Assembly (NCBI GenBank): GCA_965207065.1
Contig: OZ242260.1
Span: forward strand, 1,120,001-1,184,000
Origin: a bacterium
GTDB lineage: Bacteria > UBA8248
DNA length: 64,000 nucleotides
Direction of reading: 5' to 3'
This document shows, piece by piece, positions 43,359 through 54,549 of this stretch. The notes under the pieces are model-generated. The model did not search any database. It saw nothing but the letters and a program-made list of their open reading frames with translations, and was not told the origin of the DNA. The first letter of the stretch is position 1. Every line of letters starts with the position of its first letter. Both the position numbers and the translations under genes were made by a program.

Positions 43359-44150
43359 CTATTGCTGCGGCGATGATAACTCAACCGTAGTGGTGAGGAT
43401 CTGAAAAATATAGTCTGCCATAATGATCATATTGATGCTGTGCTTATATGTCGAGTACGGCAATAACCCATGAATCGACGCGTGACGGTTGGGCACGTAA
43501 TTCTGCTGATATTTTTGTCTGTTATCATCGTCAATTTGTTCATATATGTGATCAACTAGTCGTGAAAATAATATCAAACCATATGCTTCTCTTGGCAAAA
43601 AGTTTTCGAGTTCTCCTTGATTCGTTAGTTTCTCCAACATTTTTTTCGAGGGAATGGAACCGGCACTGTCTTCAAAAAAGCGAATGCGAAATTCTCTTTC
43701 AATTGCTGGAAATAACACACTACACACGCATCTATAGTAGCCGATTTCATGGGCGGAAAGAGCTTCACGAAATGTCTCTTTGGTTTCTTCTGAAATATGA
43801 TATTTACTCAACCTAGATTCAATATCTTGACGAATGTTATTCCAGGTAATCTTGTAGAAACTCGAAATGTGATTTTCAAGCAAAGCGGCATCCTCAGCGC
43901 ACTGCTCAACGTAATCAATAGATAGCGTGTGATAGGGCAACCACCCTGTTGTACTAACTGAATCGATGAATTTGTGATACCTCACAAATCCCTTGATGCG
44001 CGGAGCTATCGCCTTGACGTACGGCGCTATGGCTTGAGAGATTCGAGCCATAGTTTGAATGAATGGCTGAAGAGAACCCATCTGTTGTTGCAGATGTTGT
44101 AGGGCTGCACCTAGGTTCTGCGCGATTGGAGAAGATCGGTTATCTGTCAT
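43359..44150 (-). CDS. HEPN-like hypothetical protein
   Basis: EALSAH...LFPAIE and PNRHASIHG motif. Confidence 0.6.
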   Translation of the reverse strand: MTDNRSSPIAQNLGAALQHLQQQMGSLQPFIQTMARISQAIAPYVKAIAPRIKGFVRYHKFIDSVSTTGWLPYHTLSIDYVEQCAEDAALLENHISSFYKITWNNIRQDIESRLSKYHISEETKETFREALSAHEIGYYRCVCSVLFPAIEREFRIRFFEDSAGSIPSKKMLEKLTNQGELENFLPREAYGLILFSRLVDHIYEQIDDDNRQKYQQNYVPNRHASIHGLLPYSTYKHSINMIIMADYIFQILTTTVELSSPQQ

Positions 44151-44606
44151 CTAAAATGTTTCCACCTTGTCTATGTACGTAGACCACGATCAGTCTTGCT
44201 GCGTAGTTGAAGTTTTGCGTGAGTGCATGGCGTAGAAAACCACGCTCTTTGTAGGATAGCTATTTCTTAAGCACTTGGTAACCTTCGAACCTATAGTTTC
44301 AGATGTTTGCCGGGGCGTTGCCTCAATGTCACATCCATTAAAACATACATCGAAAGTGGTTCCGCGAAGTTAAGAAAATTCACCTCACATGGCCGCTCGT
44401 TGCTCGAATATGAGAACTTACTTGACGACAAGGAAGGATGGAAACCATTTCGCTAGTTAAGTCGCACAATGCGTCCCCATCAGTTCGCGTCAGTATCGGT
44501 GTTCAGGGACAGGATTTCGAATACTGCGCCCTCACACGGCTTGGATTGCACAGAGATGATTCCATTCTATCCGCGATCCGCAATGGCAAGCATTTTTCTG
44601 TAATTG

Positions 44607-45401
44607 TTATGGCAACGGCAGCCTTTCAAGGTAACCGTTCTCGATCAAAGACATGAAATGCTCTTCGATCCGGCGAGCGATGATATGCGAGTCTACTAAA
44701 AGACCGAGTTCGATGTTTCGTTCCTGCGCCGCTTCCGTGAAGTTCGCAGAGGTCACGAGAACTTCTTGACCGTCGACAACTACACACTTCGCATGCATTG
44801 AACTGACCGTCCGCCCTGTGGGTTGAAGGGACCGGGGATCGTAGTAGACGCGGGGCAAACGATTGCCAGGCCACTCGTCACGCACGAACTCATTCGCAAA
44901 ACGTCGGACGATCTCTGTGTCACGAGAGGTATTACCGTGTTGGCGCCGGACATCGATGCAAAGGGTTGCTTCGAAAGTGTCGTCGTTATCGATACGGTCG
45001 GCCAGTTCCTTGAACACGGACTTGCCCTGATAGACCGCGAAACCACTGGCCAGAACCCGCCTGCGGGCCTTGCCGAACAATTGCCGCATGACGACTCCTG
45101 TATCGCGGGAGCCGCCTGCCGCATCGGGTCCGCTGACGACGACCTCAACAGGCATCGCCGCATCAGCGGCGGTTTTCGCGCCAACGGCAAAGGCGCGAAG
45201 CAGGAGCGCAATATGGGTGGGCTGCATATCTTGCCGGATGAGTTCTCCGAGGCATTCCGCCACTGGTGTAGCGTGTACGTCTGCGATGTGGTCGCGCAGG
45301 GTCAATGCACTTAGAGGCGGTAGCAATAGTTTGGCTTCCAAGAGATCCGCCAGGCGGATGAGATCGTTCCGATCCAGAGCATCCAGAGCATTGAATTCCA
45401 T
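44607..45401 (-). CDS. drmC: DISARM phospholipase-D-like nuclease
   Basis: MHAKCVVVD (HKD), TSANFT, RNIELG; last gene of the operon. Confidence 0.92.
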   Translation of the reverse strand: MEFNALDALDRNDLIRLADLLEAKLLLPPLSALTLRDHIADVHATPVAECLGELIRQDMQPTHIALLLRAFAVGAKTAADAAMPVEVVVSGPDAAGGSRDTGVVMRQLFGKARRRVLASGFAVYQGKSVFKELADRIDNDDTFEATLCIDVRRQHGNTSRDTEIVRRFANEFVRDEWPGNRLPRVYYDPRSLQPTGRTVSSMHAKCVVVDGQEVLVTSANFTEAAQERNIELGLLVDSHIIARRIEEHFMSLIENGYLERLPLP

Positions 45402-47209
45402 TACAATTCGTGCTCGGATAGTTCGAAGAAAGCAGCGTCGCTGTCACCGACCGTCGGAACGACGAGCGCTCTGTCGAGGAAATCGTTGCGCTGCTCACAA
45501 CTTGTTTCGGCGATCAGCAAGCAACCGTGACACGCGGCGCCTTGCAACATGCGGCCCTCAAGACTGGAGTCAGGCGCATGTTCCGCGCACACCGGGTCGT
45601 TGGAGCACAACCGTCCATGTTCGAGCGCGCGGTGGAGGTGGTTTGGGAGATGGTGCCCCGTCTCGACCAACCCGCCTAGCGTCCCTTCGGAATCTGATGA
45701 TCCCGTATAGACCAGTATGCCGTAACCTTCTTCTCCAGAATAAACGCGTTCGCGCAGGGAACTGGCTGGGTAGCCGCAGTCGAGCGCGATGGACGTCATC
45801 AGCATATGCGAAAGCGAGTGAAGCATCATATATGGCAGACCGGGGAATCCGTCCTCTGGACGATTACGCTCCTCGGCCCATGTCTGCCAGCCTTTCAATA
45901 TGAGTTGTCCGCGTGCCTGCACTCCGGGGCGCGCCAGCCACCTCTCCACTTCCTCGGGACTGAACGACAGGAACACTCCCTCTCCACGGTTCTCTACTGC
46001 GGGAAGCCAGGTGATCGTTTCAGCGAGCGAAGCCCTTGTAACATCGAGATCGAGTTCGCCGTCCTTGTCCGGGTTGACTGACTCGAACCGCGTAAACCCC
46101 AGCAGCGAGACGACCTCTCGCAGGCGATGCACAAGAACGATCTTGTCAACAACGGCAAGGAGGGGGTTCCTAGCGGGATCCCAGGCCTCGCGAGACAGCG
46201 TTTCAGCGTAGAATTTGGAGCGCGCGTTATCCTCGCCGATTAAATTGTCTCCCTTGTTGAGAATCTCGAATTCGGCAGTCTTGACCGGGACATCTTCTTG
46301 CTCTTCTCCACCCTGTTGACGACGGAATTCGGCGAGCACAGTTTCGTCAGCGATGTCGGCGAAGGCGGCGTCGAGCTCCGGACTCATCCTGAAGTTTAAG
46401 AGTGCACCCACATCGTCGAGCGTCTTTAAGCGGTCGTGATGTGTGGAGACCTTCGAAGCCAGCCCGGCGTCATATTCCGGTAGTGAGATGACGTTCATCG
46501 TCTGCGGGAAGTAAGCGTTGCTCGCCGTGCGTACGAGCAACCGATAAGGTTCGCCGCAAGCTTCCTGCGCGAATTGTCCAATCCACGGCCTCTTGCCCTC
46601 ACAGCGACCGAGAGCTTCGGCGCCCGGGCTCGACGCTTCGTAGAGTGAGCGTTCCTCGCCGCAGTCGCACACCCCGAAGGTATCGCCGATGTCGGAGCCG
46701 GTTCCACGTTCCTCGAGCCAGAGCGGTAGTTCACACGTCTTGCCACTCTGATGCACGAACCGGCGCCAGTCCAGATCGTCGATATGACCGCGCCGGCAGC
46801 CGCAGACAAAACGCACTGGTACAACCGGCTTGCGTTGACCGTCTTCGTCGCGAAACTGTCGTCTGTCGAGGTGTTCCCACCGCACTAACCTGCGCCGCCG
46901 CCACTGCGGATCGCGGGGCGAGGGCCTGGCGTCCTTGACGATGAACCAGGTCGGGAAGATGCGTGCGCCGACAGGTGCGGTTTGCTGGGCATTCTCTTCG
47001 TGACGCGGCGGCGTCCTGAGGTCGAGCGAAGGTACGTCCAACAAACGTCTTAGTTTCGCGACGAGGCGCGGTTCGTCGACCTTCTCGCTCCTAAGTCGGG
47101 GCCAATCTTGCAGACCGGAGACGATAACCGAGTAATCGGGAAGATCGATCATGGCTCCCGGGCCATAGGTCGTAATCAACTGGCTCTGGCGAATAATATT
47201 GTCGGCCAT
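45401..47209 (-). CDS. drmB: DISARM DUF1998 protein
   Basis: RQSQLITTYGPGA, RLREV, HSLSH, CSNDPVC...CHGC...C. Confidence 0.93.
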   Translation of the reverse strand: MADNIIRQSQLITTYGPGAMIDLPDYSVIVSGLQDWPRLRSEKVDEPRLVAKLRRLLDVPSLDLRTPPRHEENAQQTAPVGARIFPTWFIVKDARPSPRDPQWRRRRLVRWEHLDRRQFRDEDGQRKPVVPVRFVCGCRRGHIDDLDWRRFVHQSGKTCELPLWLEERGTGSDIGDTFGVCDCGEERSLYEASSPGAEALGRCEGKRPWIGQFAQEACGEPYRLLVRTASNAYFPQTMNVISLPEYDAGLASKVSTHHDRLKTLDDVGALLNFRMSPELDAAFADIADETVLAEFRRQQGGEEQEDVPVKTAEFEILNKGDNLIGEDNARSKFYAETLSREAWDPARNPLLAVVDKIVLVHRLREVVSLLGFTRFESVNPDKDGELDLDVTRASLAETITWLPAVENRGEGVFLSFSPEEVERWLARPGVQARGQLILKGWQTWAEERNRPEDGFPGLPYMMLHSLSHMLMTSIALDCGYPASSLRERVYSGEEGYGILVYTGSSDSEGTLGGLVETGHHLPNHLHRALEHGRLCSNDPVCAEHAPDSSLEGRMLQGAACHGCLLIAETSCEQRNDFLDRALVVPTVGDSDAAFFELSEHEL

Positions 47210-47215
47210 GGGTTC

Positions 47216-50200
47216 CTACTCTATGTCCTGTCCTTCGGGGGTCATGATACCAAGCAGTACACCCGGTTCTACGTCGCGCAGCGATCGTGGTGCACGGAAC
47301 CGAAGCTGGGTATCGTTCAGAACATCTCGGGCTGGATCGATCATCTCGCGCAGCAAGGGAGTGGATGTGCCGCTGTCTCGGCCGTGTGCGTAGCCAAACG
47401 CCACTCCGTCCTGTCTGGCCTCGTGGGCGAGTCTCGCCCAATCATCGAATAGGCTCTGCACGCGACTCCCGACATAAGCACCAAATTCGTCGGGAAGACC
47501 GTCGGCATGGATTCGCGCCCGGTCGCTCACCGCCAGGGCCAGGGCGGTAGTCTCCGTGCCGTGACTTTCAACGTTCTGAGCTGTCTGCATTGGTGTCAAT
47601 TCCGGGATTCCTAGCCTTGCCAAAGCAACCGCGACTGCCGGAAGGCCCCGGTCCATAGCACGCGGAGAAAACGGTGTAACGCTGGTCGCCTCTACGCCGC
47701 GATAGAAGGAGTCGTGCCAAGCGGAAAAGCGCTCATAATGCGATCTATCGCGCGGTTTGTGGACATTCAGGAGAGTCACCACAAGGCCGGGCCGGGCCGG
47801 ATCGCGGCCGACCCGGCTGGTGGCCTGGATGTACTCAGCCGTGGTCTTTGGTTGACCGGAGACGAGCATCAGACCGAGTCGCGTGATGTCCAGACCGACG
47901 GAGATCATGTTCGTGGCCAAGGCCACATCCACGCGTTCGTCATTGGCGAATTCCAGAGAAAGTCTTCGCTTGGCTTCAGCGACATTTGCAGTGCCAACGC
48001 GCGACGTCAGTTCGACCGGTTCGAAGGAGATTCGTCTGTTGGAGAACAGCCCGGCCTCATCGTCGTGACGCTTATGGCTGGCATAGGTCAGAAGTCGTGA
48101 ACCGATTTCGTCCTCAACGATGCGCCGCGCACTTCCCAGTTCGCGGAGGGCGTTGAAGTAGGTGACGACTGTCATGTATGGGTCGGCAGGGTTGGTGCCA
48201 CCACCATTCGCCACGGCTTCCCAGGCGGCCTGCGCTGCCGCCAACAGCGTGATCATGCTTCTCAGAAAGATTACCTTCGGCCCACGACCCTGTGCAGCGA
48301 TACCGAGATAGAGGCGCGGGTTTACATCCTGTTGCGCCGCTTGTTCGGCAAAAAACGAATCCTGTCTTTCGATCCCCGGCGCCGGGAAGACAGCCACCGA
48401 GGATCGACCGAATAAGGCTTGAATCTGTTTCTTGGCAAGGCGAACGGTCGCGGTTGATGCGATAATCTTTGGGCGCACTTCCTTATCGTCAATCTGGCGT
48501 CGGCACAGATGATCGACCGCCGTTTCGTATAGTCCCGCCATGGTGCCTAGCGGCCCCGAGATAAGATGCAGCTCGTCCTGAATGATGAGGTCGGGCGGTC
48601 GCGGGTCGGTCGAGTCGCCGCCCCGGAAGAAGCCCGCTGTCTCGCCGCTCCATGGCATGGCGGCGAACTTGTCGGCGGTCGCGATCATGAAAGCCGGCAG
48701 ACGCTCGTAGATCGGCTCGTCCACCGCGACGATCGGCAAATGACGCTTAACCGCGAAATCACAACGCCGGCTCACACAGCGCACCAGTAGATTTTTCGGG
48801 TTGTCGGTGTCGGGAGACAGCCGGAAAGAATGCTTGCCAAATTTCGTGCCGCACCAGGGACATCGGTCCAGCGGCAGTGGCGGATCAAGTGAGGTATTGC
48901 CTGCAAAGCGCAGGGTCTTGGTGCGTGCCGTAGCGTTGGATGAATCGCCCTTCCGACCCATGTAGTTAGGTGTCGCGGCGCGTCCTACCCAGAGCGCAAT
49001 CTCGAACGGCCACGTTCCGAGACGTGCAGGCGCTGCCTCCCGTTCGAGTTCGAGAGCGCAGATCAGCGCCGCCGCGCGCCCAAGCTGGTCGAGTGTCAGG
49101 AGCCGGAGCGTGTAGCGCATGAGCACCGATAAGCCGCGATGTACAGGGTCTGGATCGCGCAGCCGGCGAAGTACGAGCGTAAACGCCGCCAGCCCGAGAT
49201 AGGCTTCGGTTTTGCCGCCACCTGTCGGGAAGAACAGGAGGTCGACGATCTCGCGCTCTACATGAGTCGGCTCGGCGATGCTCCGGAGGTTCATCAGAAT
49301 GTAGGCGAGTTGGAAGGGACGCCACTCAGGCGGATCCACCGCCGTGGGCGCGCACTGTTTTTCCTGTGCCCTTCTCCGCCTCGCCGCCGCGGCCATGGCC
49401 CGGTTGGCGATGCAAAATGCTTCCAATAGGTCAGGATTTTCGAGGAGATCGATTCCGGCCTGTATGCGATCCGCTGTAAGGGCAGCTCTATTCACCAACT
49501 CGTCAGCGACTTCCCTGCGCCTGCCTGTAAAGGCTTGCGCACTCTCGCGCTGGCCTTCGATCCAGACACGATATGCGCGGACTAGCGGATTCAATGAACG
49601 TTTCGCGGCCGCTCCGTCGTCTAGAGCGCCCAACGCCTCCATGCCGAACTCGACATCGGAGATCCGCGACGGTTCGACATGCTCGACGGCGGCTCGGGGC
49701 ATCCATTCGGTATGCACCCGGCGGCATTCGCCATCGACAGTTTCTGCACGGGTGGACACATTGTGGCCGACGGCATATTCAGCTACGTCCCGATAATGCA
49801 GATCGGCGAGGCGTTCGTCCCAATCTTCGCTGTCGAGACCGCGCGGATCATATCTCGGGACGAACGGCTGATCCGCAGAAACGCTCATTTCGACCTGGAA
49901 GGCGAAAGCCGTGTCTTGCAAATCATCGTCCTCCGCCGCAGGCCGCCGATTGACGACGAACACGGAGACGGCCCGAGCGTTCATATTACCTTCGGCACTC
50001 GGGACTCGGGTCTCCCGTACCAGACAGACTACCTCGAGGCCGCCACTCGCTGGCACGTTGAATGGAACCGGTGTTCCGAGGCTTATTGATGCAAGATCGA
50101 TACTCACACTCTCTACGCGCGGCCGACGAACCCAAGGCGCAAAACGTCGGCGAGCCGGGCTATCGGTCGCGTCGTCTCCGGGTTCGTCGTCCTGGTTCGC

Positions 50201-50605
50201 AACATTACCCATCGCCTCTTTTTCAGGTGCGTAATCGCCCCAAGACAACTCGATGTCGAGGCGCATGGTGGACGCCTCCACCAGAACGCTAAGACCCATG
50301 GAGGAAGGTAGAAAGAAGCGCTTGCCGCTGCTGCGCTCCGGCGCACTAGCGTCATCACTACCTTGATTTGGTTCGGTGGGTTCGTCGAGTTCTTCTTCGG
50401 CGTCCTGCGCCCGCTGCGTTTCCGGCGCGCCCGTCGGTGCCAGAAACCCGGTTAAATACCAGCGTGAGGGCGCATGGGGCAGGCGTTCGCTTTGTAGTCC
50501 ATCGTCTCCGGGCCGCGGGCCGATCAGGTCGAGCCGCAACGCCTCGACGAGGTAGTCGCGGACAGAGGCGCTGTCGGAGATTGAAGATTTGGCGGTTGCT
50601 ATCAT
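47216..50605 (-). CDS. drmA: DISARM SF2 helicase
   Basis: WRPFQ, FPTGGGKTEAY, QDELH, ATNMISVGLD, QATSRVGR. Confidence 0.95.
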   Translation of the reverse strand: MIATAKSSISDSASVRDYLVEALRLDLIGPRPGDDGLQSERLPHAPSRWYLTGFLAPTGAPETQRAQDAEEELDEPTEPNQGSDDASAPERSSGKRFFLPSSMGLSVLVEASTMRLDIELSWGDYAPEKEAMGNVANQDDEPGDDATDSPARRRFAPWVRRPRVESVSIDLASISLGTPVPFNVPASGGLEVVCLVRETRVPSAEGNMNARAVSVFVVNRRPAAEDDDLQDTAFAFQVEMSVSADQPFVPRYDPRGLDSEDWDERLADLHYRDVAEYAVGHNVSTRAETVDGECRRVHTEWMPRAAVEHVEPSRISDVEFGMEALGALDDGAAAKRSLNPLVRAYRVWIEGQRESAQAFTGRRREVADELVNRAALTADRIQAGIDLLENPDLLEAFCIANRAMAAAARRRRAQEKQCAPTAVDPPEWRPFQLAYILMNLRSIAEPTHVEREIVDLLFFPTGGGKTEAYLGLAAFTLVLRRLRDPDPVHRGLSVLMRYTLRLLTLDQLGRAAALICALELEREAAPARLGTWPFEIALWVGRAATPNYMGRKGDSSNATARTKTLRFAGNTSLDPPLPLDRCPWCGTKFGKHSFRLSPDTDNPKNLLVRCVSRRCDFAVKRHLPIVAVDEPIYERLPAFMIATADKFAAMPWSGETAGFFRGGDSTDPRPPDLIIQDELHLISGPLGTMAGLYETAVDHLCRRQIDDKEVRPKIIASTATVRLAKKQIQALFGRSSVAVFPAPGIERQDSFFAEQAAQQDVNPRLYLGIAAQGRGPKVIFLRSMITLLAAAQAAWEAVANGGGTNPADPYMTVVTYFNALRELGSARRIVEDEIGSRLLTYASHKRHDDEAGLFSNRRISFEPVELTSRVGTANVAEAKRRLSLEFANDERVDVALATNMISVGLDITRLGLMLVSGQPKTTAEYIQATSRVGRDPARPGLVVTLLNVHKPRDRSHYERFSAWHDSFYRGVEATSVTPFSPRAMDRGLPAVAVALARLGIPELTPMQTAQNVESHGTETTALALAVSDRARIHADGLPDEFGAYVGSRVQSLFDDWARLAHEARQDGVAFGYAHGRDSGTSTPLLREMIDPARDVLNDTQLRFRAPRSLRDVEPGVLLGIMTPEGQDIE

Positions 50606-53600
50606 AGTAACGCCTCTTGCGATTGTTCGGTTATAGGACGGCGTGATTTCGCCAGGCGTTCCTCCTGGGCGCGCTCCGCGTTCAGGGCCAGAAGCCGGGC
50701 GAGCACTTCATCACGCACGGAGCCTGGCCAGCGGTAGCGCCAGGGTTTCTTTTTTCTACCCCATGTTTCTTCGTCGATTTCATAGTCGAGAAGAAATTCA
50801 CAGCCGGTAAAAATATCACTCCAACCATAGGCGTCAAGCACGGTGCAGTCCATCTCTTCGTGCATTGCGCGGAGCGTGGCAATTTCCTGACTGCGCTCGT
50901 CGGGGTCGTGAAAACGATTGTAGGTCTTGGTCAGACCTTCATCGTTCCTGACCATAAGTTCAGCGCGAAACTCATAGTACTCTTTACCAGCGGCTTCGAA
51001 TGAGGAGTGCGTTTCCCAACCTTCGGGGAAGGGAAACGTTTCGAAGCAGTCGGAGGGTGTATAGCGAAGCCGGTCTTCCAAAGACGATCCGAAGAAGCGG
51101 GCCCATATCTCGTGTGTACGGGATTGAAGTGCACAGAACGCTGAATATGTCTCGAAGGGGAAAACGATCATTGATTCCGCATAAACCATATGCGCGGGTA
51201 AAAAGGCAAAAGCCGCCTGCTGACCTACCCTCGAAATCACCAACACGCGAGAAAGTTCCTCAATGGCGGCGTACAACTCGGGGCGTAGACGTTCAAACTG
51301 CCACCATGGCGCAGTTGAGTGGCTTGCACGGGTGCCTTTTACCCGCTCCTCAACGATCTTTAGCAACTCCGGCCAATCTACCGCCACTGGTTCTTGATAT
51401 TCCAATGGGACGACTTCGTAGCGTTGCCAGTTTGTTCGTGTGTCTTCATCCGCGTCCCGCCATACAGCGCTCAAATCGGCGCGGCGCAGAGGCAAATCGC
51501 GGAAGTTGATTACATAACGATGATGGGCATGGGTAGGACTGGTGTTGACCTCCTCACCGCCAATATAGGGGAAAATAACCTGGCGGTTGCGCGTGTTATC
51601 TTCAAGCAGCTGGTGCATTTCGGAGAGTGGTGTAGCGACTTCCTTACTGTCGGTATCGTCAAAAGTGAAACCCATTCCGAGTACGATACTGCCTTGGAAG
51701 CTCTTTCCGGCATTGAGCTCCAGTCGTTCGGGATCGTCGTGGCCACCGCTATGAAATAAAAATGCGGAAATAGTCTTGACATCCTGCCCATCCAGGTTAT
51801 TCGGCCCGGAATAGGCTCCCTTGGCAGCGTGGACAACGCTCACGACGACCGCAGCCTTTCCAGGCCATTTGAGCCTTCGTTGAGCGCGGAAGATATGGCC
51901 TCTGTGTTTGCAGATCCATCGCAGTCCTGTAGAGCGCGTGTCGCCCTGCCCGATAGTGTTCGTGGCGATGAGACCAAATGCGCCTTCTTTCCGCAAGAGA
52001 TTGAACGCCCTGCGGAAGAAATGCGCCACGAGGTCGGAATTGCCATGGCTTTCAGTATGAAGCTGCTTGAGCCAGTCGGGATAGGCGGGAGGGTTCGAGG
52101 CAGCGATCGTATTCTTGCCAGCAAATGGCGGGTTGCCTATGATCGCATCGAAACCCGGGTTCTCACGCTCGAAAACCTCAGGGAACTCCAACTCCCAATG
52201 AAAGGGTGAGACCGGTGGCTCTGCTGCTGCACGCGAGGCAATTGCCGTCGGACCTTCTTTGAGAAGCATATCCGCATACATCAGCCGGTTGCTCTCACGC
52301 TCCTTGGGCTTCGCTCCCTCGAAAAACGCTGTCAGCACCAAGCCGGCAAATCGGTGAATGTTTTTGAGTTCGCTCTCGGCTTCATCCAGGAACTGTCGCA
52401 GTTCATGTTCGGATGCCTCTTCGCCAAGTTCGCGAATCAGTTGACGCATTTCTGAGACACGCTCTACATGCTTACGAACCTCTATAGTCTCCGTACCGAG
52501 TTGAAAACTCGGCGCCTCGGCAGCCCAATGGAATCTTTCTATCTGGTTGCGGGTCAGGCCAACCAGGGAATCGCCGTGACGCAGGGCATGGTCAATGAAA
52601 GTGAACTCGTGATCCCGTGCGAGCGTTACCAGCCAAAGCGAAAGGCGTGCGAGATCGATGGCCATCGGATTCTTGTCGACACCATAGAGGCATCGCTGAG
52701 CGACAAGACGCCGGGCGTGAAGCAACTCGTCCTCGTCGGCCGGCAGGCCCGTCGGACCGCCGTGCATGTTCCAGGCAACGACCAGACGTGCTGAGAGTTG
52801 CCGGCAGGCCTCAACCAGAAAGGCTCCCGAACCCGTTGCCGGGTCGAGAACCTTGAGGTCGAGAACGTCCTCGGGCCGCGCGTTTACTCCCAGTCGCTCG
52901 AATACGGGCCGCAGGGCTTCCGAGACTATCGGCTCAGTCAGAGAGCGCGGCGTGTAGTGGCTGCCGGACCGTCGGCGCTCATCCGTCGGCTGAAGGATTG
53001 GCGTACCAGCGGGAACGATATCGGGCGTCGCATCACGGTCGATTGTACGGTCAAGCGCCGCCACAACATCTGCGAGAGTGGAAGCGCTGCGGAGCGTAGC
53101 GACAGCGTTTCCCGTCAGTTTCCGATCTGTTGCATCCTGGAGCGCTTTCGCACGCTTGCCGTCCTCCAGCGCTACCAATCCATCGAGGTCGATGATGGCG
53201 GCGGCCCCGGTTCTATTCGGCGAAGTCACGGCGATAGAGCGGCCTGTAGTCAACTCGACGCGGAAGCCCATGACGGCCTCGTAGACCGAACCAATCTGTT
53301 CCACATCGAGGGTTCGATAGGACAAGCGCTCGCCGTCCAGCACCATCAGAGACTGCAACACCTTCCAGACACACGCGTCCGAGACCATTGGAATGTCCGG
53401 TTCTCCGTCTGGCCCACGCCCTTCAAGGAAAGGGAACCGGCCCGGTTCGAATAGTGTGCCTTGGCGTGCGACGAACGAGAGTCCGGCGTGGCCGCCACCG
53501 CCGTGGATCAATCGGAACAATGAAAGCAGTTGCGCCCAGGCGCCGAACCGCTGGTCCATGGTATCGGGCCAGGCCGCTGCATCGGCGCGCAGACGTGCGA

Positions 53601-54546
53601 AAAGGCCGCCCAAGGAATAGTACTGCTGATAGACGCGATGATCGGGCATAAGGCCCCTGTCTTCGGCGTAGAGCACGAAGACAAGCCGCATCAGCGTCGT
53701 AATCAGTCCGCCGTAAAGATGCTCGGGATTGCGGCGTGCCAGTTCGGTCACTTTTCCGCCGCCGCGCGCGTCTGCCGACACGAAGCCCCGTAGTAACTCA
53801 TGGAGCGCGGCAAGCACCTGCCGGGAAAGTCTCGTGGATACTTCGGCCTGTGCATCGCGACTTTTTGCCAGAAGCGCAGGTAATCTTGCCTCGGGTGGGC
53901 CAACGAAGAGAGCCTCCGCCGACAAGAGCATGTCGAAGGCGGCCAAGATCGGGCGGCCCGCTGGCAGAGCCATCTGCGAAAAATCAAAAGTCACATGCCC
54001 CGACGATTCGCCCTTGGGTGCGTAGATCAGACGGATGCGATCTTCGGTGCATAGCAGACCGACCGGAACGCCGGTCTCCCGCAGCAGCCGTTCGAAACGG
54101 GAGTGACGGGTCGCATTCCAGCCAGCGCCGTCTTCAGGAGGCTTGTCGAGATCGGCACCGCTGTCCTCTTTGCGGATGAGCATTGTCCAAGCTGTGTCTT
54201 CATCCGTTGGCACGGCCCAGGTGGGCGAGAGCTCGACTTGTAATTCAGGAATGGCGATTTCCAACTCATCCAGATGGCCTGTTGCATCCAGAAGGTCGCC
54301 TTCTTCCCAACCCAAATAGTCCAGAAACACACGCCGCAAGTCGGGCGCACAACTGCGGGCCGTGGCGCCGTTTCCGTTTTCCTCGAGTAGTACGCGAAAT
54401 TCGCGCTGACGCCCGGCAATGTTGCGGTCTGGCACGACCTGGGCGTCTACCATGACGTTCGGTGAGACCACGAGACCCACGGGTTGAACGAAACCCAGCC
54501 ATTCCTGGTGAGCGAATATCAAGTTTCTACGTTCGCGATCCGCCAT
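50602..54546 (-). CDS. drmMI: DISARM N6-adenine DNA methyltransferase (Eco57I/MmeI-like)
   Basis: GSHYTP, DPATGSGAFL, GNPPF, LRYTPSDCFETFPFP. Confidence 0.92.
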   Translation of the reverse strand: MADRERRNLIFAHQEWLGFVQPVGLVVSPNVMVDAQVVPDRNIAGRQREFRVLLEENGNGATARSCAPDLRRVFLDYLGWEEGDLLDATGHLDELEIAIPELQVELSPTWAVPTDEDTAWTMLIRKEDSGADLDKPPEDGAGWNATRHSRFERLLRETGVPVGLLCTEDRIRLIYAPKGESSGHVTFDFSQMALPAGRPILAAFDMLLSAEALFVGPPEARLPALLAKSRDAQAEVSTRLSRQVLAALHELLRGFVSADARGGGKVTELARRNPEHLYGGLITTLMRLVFVLYAEDRGLMPDHRVYQQYYSLGGLFARLRADAAAWPDTMDQRFGAWAQLLSLFRLIHGGGGHAGLSFVARQGTLFEPGRFPFLEGRGPDGEPDIPMVSDACVWKVLQSLMVLDGERLSYRTLDVEQIGSVYEAVMGFRVELTTGRSIAVTSPNRTGAAAIIDLDGLVALEDGKRAKALQDATDRKLTGNAVATLRSASTLADVVAALDRTIDRDATPDIVPAGTPILQPTDERRRSGSHYTPRSLTEPIVSEALRPVFERLGVNARPEDVLDLKVLDPATGSGAFLVEACRQLSARLVVAWNMHGGPTGLPADEDELLHARRLVAQRCLYGVDKNPMAIDLARLSLWLVTLARDHEFTFIDHALRHGDSLVGLTRNQIERFHWAAEAPSFQLGTETIEVRKHVERVSEMRQLIRELGEEASEHELRQFLDEAESELKNIHRFAGLVLTAFFEGAKPKERESNRLMYADMLLKEGPTAIASRAAAEPPVSPFHWELEFPEVFERENPGFDAIIGNPPFAGKNTIAASNPPAYPDWLKQLHTESHGNSDLVAHFFRRAFNLLRKEGAFGLIATNTIGQGDTRSTGLRWICKHRGHIFRAQRRLKWPGKAAVVVSVVHAAKGAYSGPNNLDGQDVKTISAFLFHSGGHDDPERLELNAGKSFQGSIVLGMGFTFDDTDSKEVATPLSEMHQLLEDNTRNRQVIFPYIGGEEVNTSPTHAHHRYVINFRDLPLRRADLSAVWRDADEDTRTNWQRYEVVPLEYQEPVAVDWPELLKIVEERVKGTRASHSTAPWWQFERLRPELYAAIEELSRVLVISRVGQQAAFAFLPAHMVYAESMIVFPFETYSAFCALQSRTHEIWARFFGSSLEDRLRYTPSDCFETFPFPEGWETHSSFEAAGKEYYEFRAELMVRNDEGLTKTYNRFHDPDERSQEIATLRAMHEEMDCTVLDAYGWSDIFTGCEFLLDYEIDEETWGRKKKPWRYRWPGSVRDEVLARLLALNAERAQEERLAKSRRPITEQSQEALL

Positions 54547-54549
54547 GAT

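Noticed and set aside
38400-44600. Integron cassette array
   Set aside because: No attC-like RYYYAAC...GTTRRRY palindromes between genes; the integrases are not IntI-type
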